Origin: an uncultured Candidatus Rokubacteria bacterium
GTDB taxonomy: Bacteria > Methylomirabilota > Methylomirabilia > Rokubacteriales > CSP1-6
DNA length: 64,000 bases
Assembly: GCA_963754315.1 (NCBI GenBank)
Contig: CAVWFS010000001.1
Span: 192,001 to 256,000, forward strand
Reading direction: 5' to 3'
Below the pieces are notes generated by a model that saw only the letters and a list, made by a program, of their open reading frames with translations, was not told the origin of the DNA and did not search any database. The position numbers and the translations under genes were made by a program. Positions 28,835 through 38,610 of the stretch are shown one piece after another (position 1 is the stretch's first letter; every line of letters starts with the position of its first letter).

Positions 28835-29638
28835 ATGCTCCTCGATAAGCTGATCCGGCTCGTCGTGCACTGCTCGGTCGCCGCGGCGTGGGCGACCGCG
28901 CTGCCGGTGCTCGCGTACGCGGGCGAGATCCCGCCCGCCGAGCGGCGCTCCGGATACGACTTCATGAGCCGTGAGACCCGAGCGATGCAGGACGACGACA
29001 CTGCCAATCCCGGCCTGCTCTGGGTTCTGGAGGGCGAAGCCCTGTGGAAGCGGAAGGTAGGGTCGGCCGGCCGCGCGTGCGTCGACTGCCACGGCGAGGC
29101 TCGGGAGCGCATGAAGGGGGTGGCCGCGCGCTATCCCGCCTTCGACCCGGCGCGGGCCCGCCCGATCAATCTCGAGCAACGCATCAACCTCTGCCGCACC
29201 GATCAGCAGGCGGCGCCCCCGCTGGCCTATGAGAGCCGGGAGCTGCTGGCGCTGACCGCCTACATCGCGCGCCAGTCGCGAGGGTCGCCCATCGAGGCCG
29301 CCACCGACCCACGCACGCAGCCGTTCCTCGAGGCCGGCCGCGCCGCGTTTCAGCGGCGCCAGGGCCAGCTCAATCTGGCCTGCCATCAGTGTCACGACGA
29401 CCACTGGGGGCGACGACTGGCCGGGAACGTCATTCCCCAGGGGCACCCGACGGGGTATCCGCTCTATCGGCTGGAGTGGCAGGGCCTCGGCTCGCTCCAG
29501 CGGCGACTCCGCAACTGTCTGGTCGGCATGCGAGCGGAGCCGTACGAATACGGCGCCCCCGAGCTCGTTGATCTCGAGCTCTTCCTGATGTGGCGCGCGC
29601 GGGGTATGACCATCGACGCGCCTGCCGTGCGGCCCTGA
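28835..29638 (+). CDS. soxA: Sulfur oxidation c-type cytochrome SoxA (diheme)
   Basis: DDTANPG, CVDCH, LEQRINLC, R.GQLNLACHQCH, YP.YRLEWQ.LGSLQRRLRNC, LELFL..RA.G. Confidence 0.93.
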   Translation: MLLDKLIRLVVHCSVAAAWATALPVLAYAGEIPPAERRSGYDFMSRETRAMQDDDTANPGLLWVLEGEALWKRKVGSAGRACVDCHGEARERMKGVAARYPAFDPARARPINLEQRINLCRTDQQAAPPLAYESRELLALTAYIARQSRGSPIEAATDPRTQPFLEAGRAAFQRRQGQLNLACHQCHDDHWGRRLAGNVIPQGHPTGYPLYRLEWQGLGSLQRRLRNCLVGMRAEPYEYGAPELVDLELFLMWRARGMTIDAPAVRP

Positions 29639-29987
29639 GGCTGTCCCGCAACGTCGCTCTCCGACACCGGCCAAGCGGCGCCCTTCGTCTCTCTCAACGC
29701 CGCCGCGCCGAGCGACACACTCGGCGACAGCGCCAGCCTGCCGCCCCGGGCGATCTTCAGTAAAAGTTACCCAGGTCTCCTCGTCGTATACGCCCAGTTA
29801 TAGTGAGCCCCGCCCTTGACGGTCTTGACGTCCTGGCGCGCCGCGCTTCCTTGTCCTTCGCCACGCTCTGGTCCGAGTCAGTCATCTGTCAGTCGCCCTG
29901 GGTGAGACTGCTCCGTGGAGGGAACGATCGCCTCACCCAGTGGCGGGCGGGACCCACCGCCGATGATCGTTGACGAATTGGCGCCGC

Positions 29988-30144
29988 ATGCCGAAATACG
30001 TGATCGAGCGGGACGTCCTGGGATCGGAAAGAAGACGAGCGCCGAGCTGCGCGACATCGCGAAGACCTCGTGTGGCGTGGGTTCCCCGCCAACCGCATCT
30101 CCCAGGTCAGCGCCGTGAGCGATCGCGCAACCGCAAAGAGCTGA
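29988..30144 (+). pseudogene. DUF4242 (nickel-binding-like) protein remnant with internal deletion
   Basis: MPKYVIERDVLG / GKKTSAELRDIAKTSCGV joined directly to GFPANRISQVSAV; the middle of the typical protein is missing and the frame shifts. Confidence 0.75.
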
Positions 30145-31135
30145 GGAGGGTGCGGCGCCCGACCGCGCGGCTGCGGCAGAGCCACGAGACACGCTCGTCG
30201 ACCTCGGCCCACGTCGGGTGCCATGCTGGATCGATGTCGCGTTGTCTCACCGCGTCTATTCGACCTGCTCGATCGCGCAGAACCGCCGGCAAAGCGTCCA
30301 GATAGGCGCGCGTGTTCTGCACCTCGACCCGTGCATCGGCCGCGACCTCATCGAGGCCGCGGCCGTCCTCTCGGACTGATAGCACGATCTCGCGAGCCAC
30401 CTGCTCATCGCCGAGCAGCACGTAACGTGCCCCCACCCGGACCCACTCGAGCCAGTGGTTGGCGAGTTGTCTCCGAAGGAGCTCTTGGCTCGGCGTCGCG
30501 GCCCGTGCCAGCTGGAACGTATGCTCGAGCGCGGCCAGGCGATCGAGCCTGTCGCCGCCGATCTCGTGCGAGTGGGGCAGGCAGTGCCGAACCACGCCTG
30601 GGAGGGTCCTGCCGAATGACGACAGCAGCTCGGCGGGGCTGAGGACGAGCCCGGCCGGGGTCGATGTGCCACCCACCACCACGCGGGCAGCAAGAGCGCG
30701 AGCGAACGTTGCCAGCCGACCTGAACACATGCCCTCGACCCACGCGAGCGCGGCCACCTCGTCGTCGGTGACGGGGTAGCGCTCGACCAGTTCGTCCAGT
30801 TCCTCTGCGTGCTCGTCCCGGAGCACGGCCCGCTCGATGTAGTCCAGCCAGCCCTCGGTGGTCAACCCGTGCTCGGCGAGCCAGGCTTCGGCCTCTTCCG
30901 CGCTGACCAGATCACGAGCGTACCTGAATTCGGTGGCAGCGGCGTCGACCGCCTGCGGGTCGGCCTCCTCGCTCTCATCATCGTTGTCGAGCGCCCGCTG
31001 ACAGGCGAGACCCTGGCGGATCTGGGTCTCGAGCTCTGCCCAGTCTCCTCGGAGATGGGCGGCCAGCAGGACGTCGGCCCAGTCGTAGCGAGCGTCGCCT
31101 ACGGCGAAGACGGGCCCGGCTGGCCAGCCGTCCAT
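30107..31135 (-). CDS. Hypothetical acidic protein with SurA/PpiC-related chaperone-like N-terminus; C-terminus probably damaged
   Basis: EFRYARDLVSAEEAEAWLAEHGLT..GW.DYI.R and AREI.LSVREDG..L.EVA resemble PPIase-like partners of peptide exporters; tail overlaps the DUF4242 remnant. Confidence 0.6.
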   Translation of the reverse strand: MDGWPAGPVFAVGDARYDWADVLLAAHLRGDWAELETQIRQGLACQRALDNDDESEEADPQAVDAAATEFRYARDLVSAEEAEAWLAEHGLTTEGWLDYIERAVLRDEHAEELDELVERYPVTDDEVAALAWVEGMCSGRLATFARALAARVVVGGTSTPAGLVLSPAELLSSFGRTLPGVVRHCLPHSHEIGGDRLDRLAALEHTFQLARAATPSQELLRRQLANHWLEWVRVGARYVLLGDEQVAREIVLSVREDGRGLDEVAADARVEVQNTRAYLDALPAVLRDRAGRIDAVRQRDIDPAWHPTWAEVDERVSWLCRSRAVGRRTLLSSLRLRDRSRR

Positions 31136-31248
31136 TCTCAATCCTATTCAACCCGCTCGAGGACTGTCAAAGCGGAGGGAAGCGAATTCCGTCAGGGGCG
31201 CCGGCGCGGCCAGGGAACCGCGCCGGCGCGATCGGCCCCGACCTAGCG

Positions 31249-32757
31249 CTAGGCGGAGCGCCCGCTCGGGTCGACGTAGCCGTAGCGGGTGTTGCTGTGG
31301 AGACCGCCCATGGCCACGTACTCGCCCTTGATGGCGGCGATCTTGTCGTGGGAGATCGCGCCGAGGGCCGTTCGCATCTGAAGATTGTAGAGACGGGCAG
31401 AGTTGCCGGCGAAGATGGCGCTCTTCACGACGCCGTCAGCGGCGCCGAGCGGCGCAAACCCGTGTTTCTGCTGCATGTCCGGGGGGATCTCCAGCCGTCG
31501 TAGCGCCTCGATCTGCCATTGCGGCGAACCGTACCAGACGGAGTCGCTCCCCCACACCACGTGATCGGCCCCCATGCCCCGCACGAGGGTGCCCAGGAAG
31601 GCGGCCGCGAAGCGTGGATTTGCCGTGCAGCAAGTTGCGAAAGCCGTCCCCACCTCCGCGTACACATTACTAACCCCGAACTTACCCGGGATCTCGGCGA
31701 GATCGGTCGCCCACTTGATGCGGCCGGTCTGCTCGAACTCGGCCAAGACGGCGCTCGGCGATTCCTGGAACGGCCGCAGGGCGGCGTGGTACATGACGAA
31801 GTTGATCTGGGGCCAGTCCTTGGCGGCCTTGCCCACGTCCCGCACAGTCGCGTACTCCCAGACTCCGGGCCACGTCTTCTCGTAGTCGGCGGGGAGGAGG
31901 CCCTTGTGAATGCAGACGGTGGTGATCCCGGACTTGGCAATCTTTTCGTAGAAGGGATACATCACCTTCTCGTCGTCGAGCCACCAGAAGGAGCCGCGCT
32001 TCGAGGGGAAGAGCGGATCCCCGATGGTGTAGCCCTTCCAGCTGTCGGGCTTGATGACAGCGATGGCTCGGTCGACCTCCTCCATCCAGCCCGCCTTCTT
32101 GGGCGTGAACACGGCGTGGGCGAGCAGGCGTCGAGACTCGGCGATCCGATTGATCATCGACCGCCCCCACGCGATCTGATCATTGGTCAGGAGATCCCAG
32201 CTGGGGTCGTCGAAGGGCGCCCCCGACAGGAGCGCCACCTTGGTGTCGCTCCCGACGAAGATCTCTTTGACATAGTTTTCGAACTTGTACCGGGCCAGCG
32301 TGTTCTCGCCCATCAGGTCGGGGTTCCAGTTCTGCTTGGCGTACTTGGCGAGGTCCAGCAGTCCGCTCTGCGCGAAGTCATCACGGACGAAGTGGGTCTG
32401 CGCGTCGATGATGAACTGCCCGCTCAGGGCCTTGGCTCGCGCATCGGCAGCACCAGGGGTCTGAGCCTCGGCGCCGCTCACGTCGAAGAGGGGACCGAAA
32501 ACCTCGTTCATCGCCAGAAACGCGGTCGCCAGGCCTGCGCTGCTGGCCAGGAAGCGGCGGCGGCTCATCCCGTGCCTGGGCGAGAGGTTGCCCGCTAGCT
32601 CATTGATGCGCGCTTCGACCCGCTGCTGTTCTCGTGTCTGCGGGAGTGGATTGAATTCGCCGTTCGAGACGATCTGTGTCGGGACCGGACCCTTGAACGA
32701 CGCGAGCTCGGCCGGCGCCGTCCGCTTCAATTCTTCCTCGCTCAGGAAATGCGGCAT
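31249..32757 (-). CDS. Amidohydrolase family (metal-dependent TIM barrel) protein
   Basis: IIDAQTHF, WKGYT, CIHKG, MYH, NVYAEVG, VVWGSDSVWYGSPQWQI; RBS GAGGAGGA. Confidence 0.9.
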   Translation of the reverse strand: MPHFLSEEELKRTAPAELASFKGPVPTQIVSNGEFNPLPQTREQQRVEARINELAGNLSPRHGMSRRRFLASSAGLATAFLAMNEVFGPLFDVSGAEAQTPGAADARAKALSGQFIIDAQTHFVRDDFAQSGLLDLAKYAKQNWNPDLMGENTLARYKFENYVKEIFVGSDTKVALLSGAPFDDPSWDLLTNDQIAWGRSMINRIAESRRLLAHAVFTPKKAGWMEEVDRAIAVIKPDSWKGYTIGDPLFPSKRGSFWWLDDEKVMYPFYEKIAKSGITTVCIHKGLLPADYEKTWPGVWEYATVRDVGKAAKDWPQINFVMYHAALRPFQESPSAVLAEFEQTGRIKWATDLAEIPGKFGVSNVYAEVGTAFATCCTANPRFAAAFLGTLVRGMGADHVVWGSDSVWYGSPQWQIEALRRLEIPPDMQQKHGFAPLGAADGVVKSAIFAGNSARLYNLQMRTALGAISHDKIAAIKGEYVAMGGLHSNTRYGYVDPSGRSA

Positions 32758-33093
32758 GATCTTCCTCCTCTTCGCTGAGGGCGCTGCGCTGGCTCCGAGT
32801 GGCCACGGGTTCCCGTCCCCTCAGGAGGGTCCCGTGCGAGGCGCCGTGCCGCCCACCGCCGGTGCCACGCGTTGATGGGTTCGAGATCCCGCTGTCGATG
32901 GGCTCTCATCTGGTCGAGGAGGCGGGCAAGTCTCGCGCCAGGGGCATGTGCCCCAGAGGTGCTCGACCCTTCGAGGCGCGAGAGGAGGATTCGTGCGTCG
33001 GTTGCATGTGGCTGCCCGGAAGGCGTGCATTCTGCCCGGGCACCGGGCAGAACGTGAACGAGGCGGTCCGGACCCTGACAGCGGTCGGAGGCT

Positions 33094-33527
33094 CTACGAG
33101 CTGCGTCTGCGTAGCGGGTTGATCACTTGAGGCGGAAACTGAAGGAAGTCCGTGTCGGTCGTTAGATCTTGCGGATGCCGTGCTCCTGCTCGGACGACCG
33201 TCGGACGTCAGAAGAGGTTGCCCGCCGGGTGAGTGATCTCGCCAAGACCCTCTGAGCAGGACCGAGTGGGCGCTCTCCGGCCGTGAGGACACGGAAGTTA
33301 GAGCTCTCAAAGAATGGTTGAGGAAGTCTATCCCCTCCCTCCAGATCAGCGGCCGCGGAAACACCCGCGCGTGGGTGGACCTCGCAGGAACTCGTAGAGT
33401 ATTCCCTCCGTGAAGTACCAGGGCTCCGACGAGGTGCCGGCACGGGAAAAGGTCGGGCCATTTCGTGCTCGGCCGCATCCGCATTGGCTGCATAGAGCAG
33501 GATGTTCGTGTCGATGATGCCCGGCAT
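33094..33527 (-). pseudogene. VapC (PIN-domain) toxin, multiply frameshifted
   Basis: MPGIIDTNILLYAAN..., GILYEFLR, RVFPRPL, GNLF, EHGIRKI, DTDFLQF and VINPL pieces in different frames. Confidence 0.8.
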
Positions 33528-33758
33528 CAGGAATCTATGAGCGCCTCCAGGGCGTTCCGGTCCCCCAAGTTCACGCGCGGCCGACCCATGGAGAAGGTCG
33601 GGAGCTGAAACACGCGCTTCCGCTTCGCCGCCCGGCGTCTGTGCAGGCCATCGGTGAGGAGGTCGTTGACGACCTCGGAAATCGTTCGGTCTCCCGTGGG
33701 CAAGCTCGCGAACTCCGTCCATGCAAGCGTCTTCGAGGATCAGGGTGGTGCGCTTCAT
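33527..33758 (-). pseudogene. VapB-like (ribbon-helix-helix) antitoxin, frameshifted
   Basis: MKRTTLILED...; second frame TISEVVNDLLTDGL...LPTFSMGRPRVNLGDRNALE; TGATG overlap with the toxin start. Confidence 0.75.
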
Positions 33759-33787
33759 GCTAGCGGGAAATCATACCAGTGAAGATA

Positions 33788-33810
33788 CAGATGTCTAGAG
33801 AGATCATCTG
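33788..33810. promoter_or_regulatory. Inverted repeat upstream of the TA pair (possible autoregulatory operator)
   Basis: CAGATG-N11-CATCTG in an AT-rich patch about 30 nt upstream of the antitoxin start. Confidence 0.4.
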
Positions 33811-33957
33811 AATGTTCATACGAGGCGGCCGGGATGAGCAACGCCTTGACGCTCGCTCACCACTTCCTGCGAGGTGCTCGCGCGCCTCCTGCAGGCGGCC
33901 CGCGCCGGTAGAAGTGCCGAGCCGTGGGGAGTTTCGGGAAGATCGCGGAGGTTGCGG

Positions 33958-34128
33958 TTAGGGCTCATCCTCCAGACGGGCGAGAAGGGCCGCCACGGTG
34001 GCGCCACCAACCGGCGGCTGCCAGTCGACCTCCACGACCGTCGCCCCCTGCGCAGCGAGCTCGCGCGCGAACACCTCGAGCCCGACGTTGATCACGAAGA
34101 GCTCCTGGCCGAGCAGGTCGGGGCTCAT
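33958..34128 (-). CDS. Small FdrA C-terminal-domain protein
   Basis: LL..EL.VINVGLEVFA.EL..QG..VV.VDWQPP.GG; ATGA overlap with the FdrA stop. Confidence 0.8.
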   Translation of the reverse strand: MSPDLLGQELFVINVGLEVFARELAAQGATVVEVDWQPPVGGATVAALLARLEDEP

Positions 34129-35658
34129 GGCTCTGCGGGGAGCAGGCGCTTCGCCAACTCCGGTCGCAGGAGCAGCGCGGCGAAGCGGGAGGCCTGGGCG
34201 TTCGACGGGAGGACCTCGATCCCCGCGCTTTGGAGAGCAGCGGTCTGGGCGCGCAGATTCTGGGGATCGGCCTCGGTGCCGACGACCGAGGCCACGACCG
34301 TGAGTGATCGTCCCCTGCGTGCGGCTTCCGCGCGCGCGTCCTGGACCGCGGCTGCCAGCGGCCGAGCAGGGTCCGGGTGAGCGGCCCGGCCCAGCACGAG
34401 GTCGACGAGCAGCACGCCCACGGCTGGCGTGGCGCCGGCGGCACGAATGCGCGCGTCGCGCTCTGAGGGATCGATCATGGGGTGGGGCCGTCCTACCGTG
34501 AACTCGTCGGCGCCAAGGTCGATCACCTCGTGGTGGGCTGTGCCCGGCGCCGACGGCCCGAGGAGAGAGTCCAGCAGCAGGCGCGCCTCGTGCGCCAGGG
34601 TGCCACCGGTATAGAGCGCGAGCAGAGCGGGCCCGCGCCCCTCGTGCGCCGGCACACACGCGAGGCGGGCTCGCACCGCGGCGGGGTCGCTGAACGTGGG
34701 GATGTCGGCAGGTCGGCCGCGCGCGAGCGCGACGGCAGTGAGCCGCCGCCGCCTCGAGCGTGTCGACCTTATGGCCGGCGACCACGCCTTCGATGTCGGT
34801 CCCCAGGCAGCAGACCACCACCGGCTTGGCGAGCATCCGAATGATTGCGTCGAGCTCGGTCATCACGCGGGGCGCCGGCGGCTTCGAGATCAGGACGATG
34901 ACCTCAGTTGCCGAATCGGCGGCCAGTAGCTGCAGCGCGAGCGTGGTCATCGGCGCCCCCACCGCTTCGGACAGGTCCCGCCCGCCGACCCCGATACCGT
35001 GCGAGATTCCCTCTCCGAGCTGAGCCACGTGCGAGGCGACCGCCTGCAGGCCGGTGCCGGAGGCAGCCACGCAACCGATTCGACCGCGCGGGACTACGTT
35101 GGCGAAGCCGAGCCCGAGACCATTCAGGTACGCCGTGCCGCAGTCCGGGCCCATGCAGAGCAAGCGGCGGCTGACGGCAAAGCGCTTGAGTTTGATCTCG
35201 TCGTCGAGGGCGACGTTGTCGCTGAAGAGGAACACGTGCAGACCGTGGCGCAGGGCCGTCATCGCTTCGAGTGTGGCGTGTGCGCCGGGCACCGATACGA
35301 GCGCGAGGTTGGCGTCCGGGAACTGCCGGAGCGCCGACTCGAGGGTCCTGGTGCGGACTCGGCCGGAGGTCTCACGCGCGCGACGTTGCTGGTCGAAGAA
35401 CGCTTTTGCCGCTGCCAGGGCCGATTCGGCGGCCGCCTCCGTCTCCGCGTCGATGGCGAGCATCAGATCGCCGGGCGCTGCATCAGCGGCGCCGGGCGCG
35501 GCGAGGCCCGCCGCCGCGAGGAGTTCGCGGTTCGCCGGGGTGCCCATCAGCGCGGCGGACTGGCGCACCCCGGGCCGCTCATTCAGCGTTGCCGCCAGCT
35601 GCATGAGCACCACGGAGTCCTGATAGAAGGAGCGCCAGACCTCCATCCGGATCGGCAT
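34125..35658 (-). CDS. fdrA: FdrA-family acyl-CoA synthetase (oxamate carbamoyltransferase AllF-like); frameshift near 34740
   Basis: YQDSV.LM, MGTPAN, ALVSVPG, FLFSDNV, MGPDCGT, ASGTGLQ, GVGGRDLS, ISKPP; second frame LYTGGTL, DLGADEFTVGRPHPMIDP. Confidence 0.88.
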
Positions 35659-35677
35659 GATCCCTACCTCTGATCGG

Positions 35678-36925
35678 TCACGGGTGAGCAGCGCCGAACG
35701 CAACCAGCGCGTCGACGAACGGTTGGGCGGGGGGGGTCGCAATGCCGGCCCCGATCATGCGGGCTGCGGTGTGGTGCGCAATGGCGGTGTTAATCAGGGG
35801 CACCATGCCGCTGCGGACCACCTTTCGGATGTCGATGCCAGTCGGGGTGCCGTCACCGTTGAGCGGCGCCAGTGGGAAAAGTGGGTTGCGCCCGGCGCAG
35901 ATCTCCGCCATCTGGCGTGACGTGTTAACAGCATCCGCAAACGACCGCGCCCCCACGATCTTCTGGACAGCCGGGGAGGCCGCCATGGCCAGGCCGCCCA
36001 GTCCGTACGTCTCCATGATTGCGGAGTCGCCGGTGTCGCGGTTGGCATCGGCGGCCGAGAAGCCCGGGAAGTACAGGCCGTCCACGGCGCTGGCAGGCCC
36101 CGTGAACCAGCGATCACCGAGGCCTGCCACGCGGATTCCGAACTCGACGCCGTTGCGCGCCATCGTCGAGACAACGGTGGAGCCTTCGAGCCCCTCGAGC
36201 GCGCGGGCGGCCGCTTTGGCGGCACCCATCGACCACGCGAGGAAGAACTGGTCGTTGTCCCGGGTGAGCAACCGCATGATCGCTTGCAGTTGCTCGCGAT
36301 CCGCCACCACGCCGACGAGCGGTGCCGCCAGCCGGCGTGCGAGGAGCCCGGTGGCCGCGGCATTGCGCATGTGCATCTCGTCGCCCATGGCGAGGGCCTG
36401 CGCCATCAGGCTCGCGAGGTCGATCGGGCCTTCGCGTTCGAGGACGGCCTGGAACGCCGGCGCCACCACGTCGCGGATCCACGCCAGACCGGCGAGCGTC
36501 TCGGGCCCATGCGCACCGAACCTGAGCTGGTGTCCCCAGGGCCCATCGGCGATGAAGGTACAGGCGCTCGTCCGGTTCACAGGGTCCTCGATGATCAGCA
36601 AGGGGGTGCCGGGCGAGATGACGCCAGCCATGGGGCCGACGGCGCCATGGTCATGACACGGACTGAACGCGACATCACCCGAAGCGGCCAGCCTCTGTGC
36701 CTCGTCGGGAGTCGTGGCCCAGCCTTCGAACAGAATCGCCGCGGTGACCGCCCCGCGCATCGGCCCGCACATGCGCGCCCAGGTGATCGGCGGCCCCGCG
36801 TGCAGCAGCCATTGGCCCCTGAGGGGAAACGTGTCCCGCGCGATAGCAACCTTGGTCCACGCGGGGCGGGCACGGCACAGCCGGTCAACCGCCTCTCGGT
36901 TGGCGTCACCGATATTCAGGCCCAT
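35678..36925 (-). CDS. DUF1116 (YlbE/YahG; AllG-like) protein
   Basis: LLHAGPP..W..M.GPMRGA, PCHDH.AVGPMAG, LRFGA, MGDEMH.RN, MARNG.EFGIR, GDSAI.ET.GLGG, TGIDIRKVV, INT.IAH. Confidence 0.92.
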   Translation of the reverse strand: MGLNIGDANREAVDRLCRARPAWTKVAIARDTFPLRGQWLLHAGPPITWARMCGPMRGAVTAAILFEGWATTPDEAQRLAASGDVAFSPCHDHGAVGPMAGVISPGTPLLIIEDPVNRTSACTFIADGPWGHQLRFGAHGPETLAGLAWIRDVVAPAFQAVLEREGPIDLASLMAQALAMGDEMHMRNAAATGLLARRLAAPLVGVVADREQLQAIMRLLTRDNDQFFLAWSMGAAKAAARALEGLEGSTVVSTMARNGVEFGIRVAGLGDRWFTGPASAVDGLYFPGFSAADANRDTGDSAIMETYGLGGLAMAASPAVQKIVGARSFADAVNTSRQMAEICAGRNPLFPLAPLNGDGTPTGIDIRKVVRSGMVPLINTAIAHHTAARMIGAGIATPPAQPFVDALVAFGAAHP

Positions 36926-37077
36926 GAGCGAAGCCGTCGTCGTCGCATATCTGCGGCTGGTGTCGTCGCGCCCGTCATTATAGGGGGAGTCGCGCGCCGT
37001 GGGGGAGTCGCGCGGATACCGTCGCGGCCCGAATCTCGGTGGCCGACCAACCGGTCCTTCGGCTACGATGGGCGGCC

Positions 37078-38610
37078 ATGAGCCGGGTTCCCCTCCTCTC
37101 GCTGCACGCCATCACGAAGCGATTCCCTGGGGTAGTCGCCAATGACCAGGTCGATCTCGAGGTGTATCGCGGCGAGGTGCACGCGTTGGTTGGCGAAAAC
37201 GGAGCAGGGAAGAGCACCCTCATGAAGGTCCTCTACGGCTTCTACCAGCCCGACCTTGGGGAGATCCGGCTCGAGGGCCGGCGGGTGGAAATCCGCTCGC
37301 CACGCGATGCCCGCCGCCTCGGCATCGGGCTTGTGTTTCAGGACTTCGTCCAGATCCCTGCCCTCAGCGTGGCCGAGAACATTGCGCTGTTCCTGCCCGA
37401 CCTGCCCTGGGTGGTCGACACCCGCGCGGTGGCCGAGCGTATCAAGACGATGTCGGCGCGCTTTGGCTTCGACGTCGACCCGTCCGTGTCCATGTGGCGC
37501 CTGTCGGTCGGCGCGCGTCAGAAGGTGGAGGTGCTCAAGCTCTTGCTCGCCGATGCGCGGATCCTCGTCCTGGACGAGCCCACTCGGAGTCTGGCTCCGC
37601 ATGAGGTCGAAGCACTCTTCGTAAGCTTCGACCAACTCCGACGGGATGGGTATGCCATTGTGTTCATCGCCCACAAGCTGGGCGAAGTCCTCTCGTGCGC
37701 CGACCGCATCACGGTGATGCGCCGGGGTCGGATCGCTGGCACCCTGTCCCGTGCCGAGGCCTCGGAGGCCGAGCTGGTGTCGTTGATGTTCGGCGCCGGT
37801 CTCGCCGAGACGGTGCCGCGCCCGCGCGAGCGGGCAGCCCCGGCGCCACCGGTGCTGGCGCTCGAGGGGATGGAAACGCGCGCCGAAGGCCACGAGACGG
37901 CGCTGACCGGTATCGATCTGACCGTCCTGTCGGGGGAGATCGTCGGTGTCGCCGGCGTCTCCGGCAACGGTCAACGCGAGTTAGGCGATCTGATCCTCGG
38001 ACTCGAGCCGTGCGTCCGAGGTGTCAAGCGTCTGTACGGGCGAGAGGCGACAGCGTGGTCCGTCGCTGACATCCGAGCGAGCGGCGTGGCGTTCATCCCC
38101 GAAGACGCCCTCGGGATGGCGGCGGTGCCGTCCATGACCGCGCTCGGGAACATGGCGCTCGCCGACACCCACCGTTACGCGCGCGCGGGGGGCCTCGCCA
38201 TGGACTGGCCGGCGGTACGCCGCGATCTCGAGGGGGCTTTGGCACAACTACGGGTGACGCTTCCCTCGCTTGATGTCCTCGCCGGTGCCCTGTCAGGGGG
38301 TAACGTGCAGCGGATGGTCCTCGCGCGAGAGTTGGCACACGAGCCGCGCCTGATCGTGGCCTTCTATCCGACGCGGGGTCTCGATGCGCGCAGCGCGGCG
38401 GCCGCGCGGGAGCTGCTCGTGGCCGCGCGCGCGCGGGGAGCGGGGGTGCTGTTGATCTCGGAGGACATGGACGAGCTGTTCGGGCTCAGCGACCGCCTTC
38501 TCGTGCTGTTCCGTGGGCGCATCATGGGCAACGGGACACCAGATACCATGACGCGCGACGATGTCGGCCTCCTCATGACGGGCTCCGCGCCACGCCGTGC
38601 CCTCGGCTGA
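37078..38610 (+). CDS. Nucleoside/sugar (CUT2-type) ABC transporter ATP-binding protein, double domain
   Basis: [45 protein letters not shown]. Confidence 0.93.
   Translation: MSRVPLLSLHAITKRFPGVVANDQVDLEVYRGEVHALVGENGAGKSTLMKVLYGFYQPDLGEIRLEGRRVEIRSPRDARRLGIGLVFQDFVQIPALSVAENIALFLPDLPWVVDTRAVAERIKTMSARFGFDVDPSVSMWRLSVGARQKVEVLKLLLADARILVLDEPTRSLAPHEVEALFVSFDQLRRDGYAIVFIAHKLGEVLSCADRITVMRRGRIAGTLSRAEASEAELVSLMFGAGLAETVPRPRERAAPAPPVLALEGMETRAEGHETALTGIDLTVLSGEIVGVAGVSGNGQRELGDLILGLEPCVRGVKRLYGREATAWSVADIRASGVAFIPEDALGMAAVPSMTALGNMALADTHRYARAGGLAMDWPAVRRDLEGALAQLRVTLPSLDVLAGALSGGNVQRMVLARELAHEPRLIVAFYPTRGLDARSAAAARELLVAARARGAGVLLISEDMDELFGLSDRLLVLFRGRIMGNGTPDTMTRDDVGLLMTGSAPRRALG

Noticed and set aside
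27619..29638. Complete canonical Sox thiosulfate oxidation pathway
   Set aside because: No soxB/soxC/soxD in the window and SoxY lacks the GGCGG arm.
32800..33090. Short ORFs between the amidohydrolase and VapC
   Set aside because: No recognisable motif or RBS in any frame; left unannotated.
33816..34010. 64-aa ORF downstream of the small FdrA-tail gene
   Set aside because: No similarity recognised; possibly a truncated remnant but unsupported.
33958..35742. Single 594-aa FdrA ORF as given in the track
   Set aside because: It is a chimera: FdrA N-terminus, a frameshifted non-coding frame, then the separate small FdrA-tail gene.
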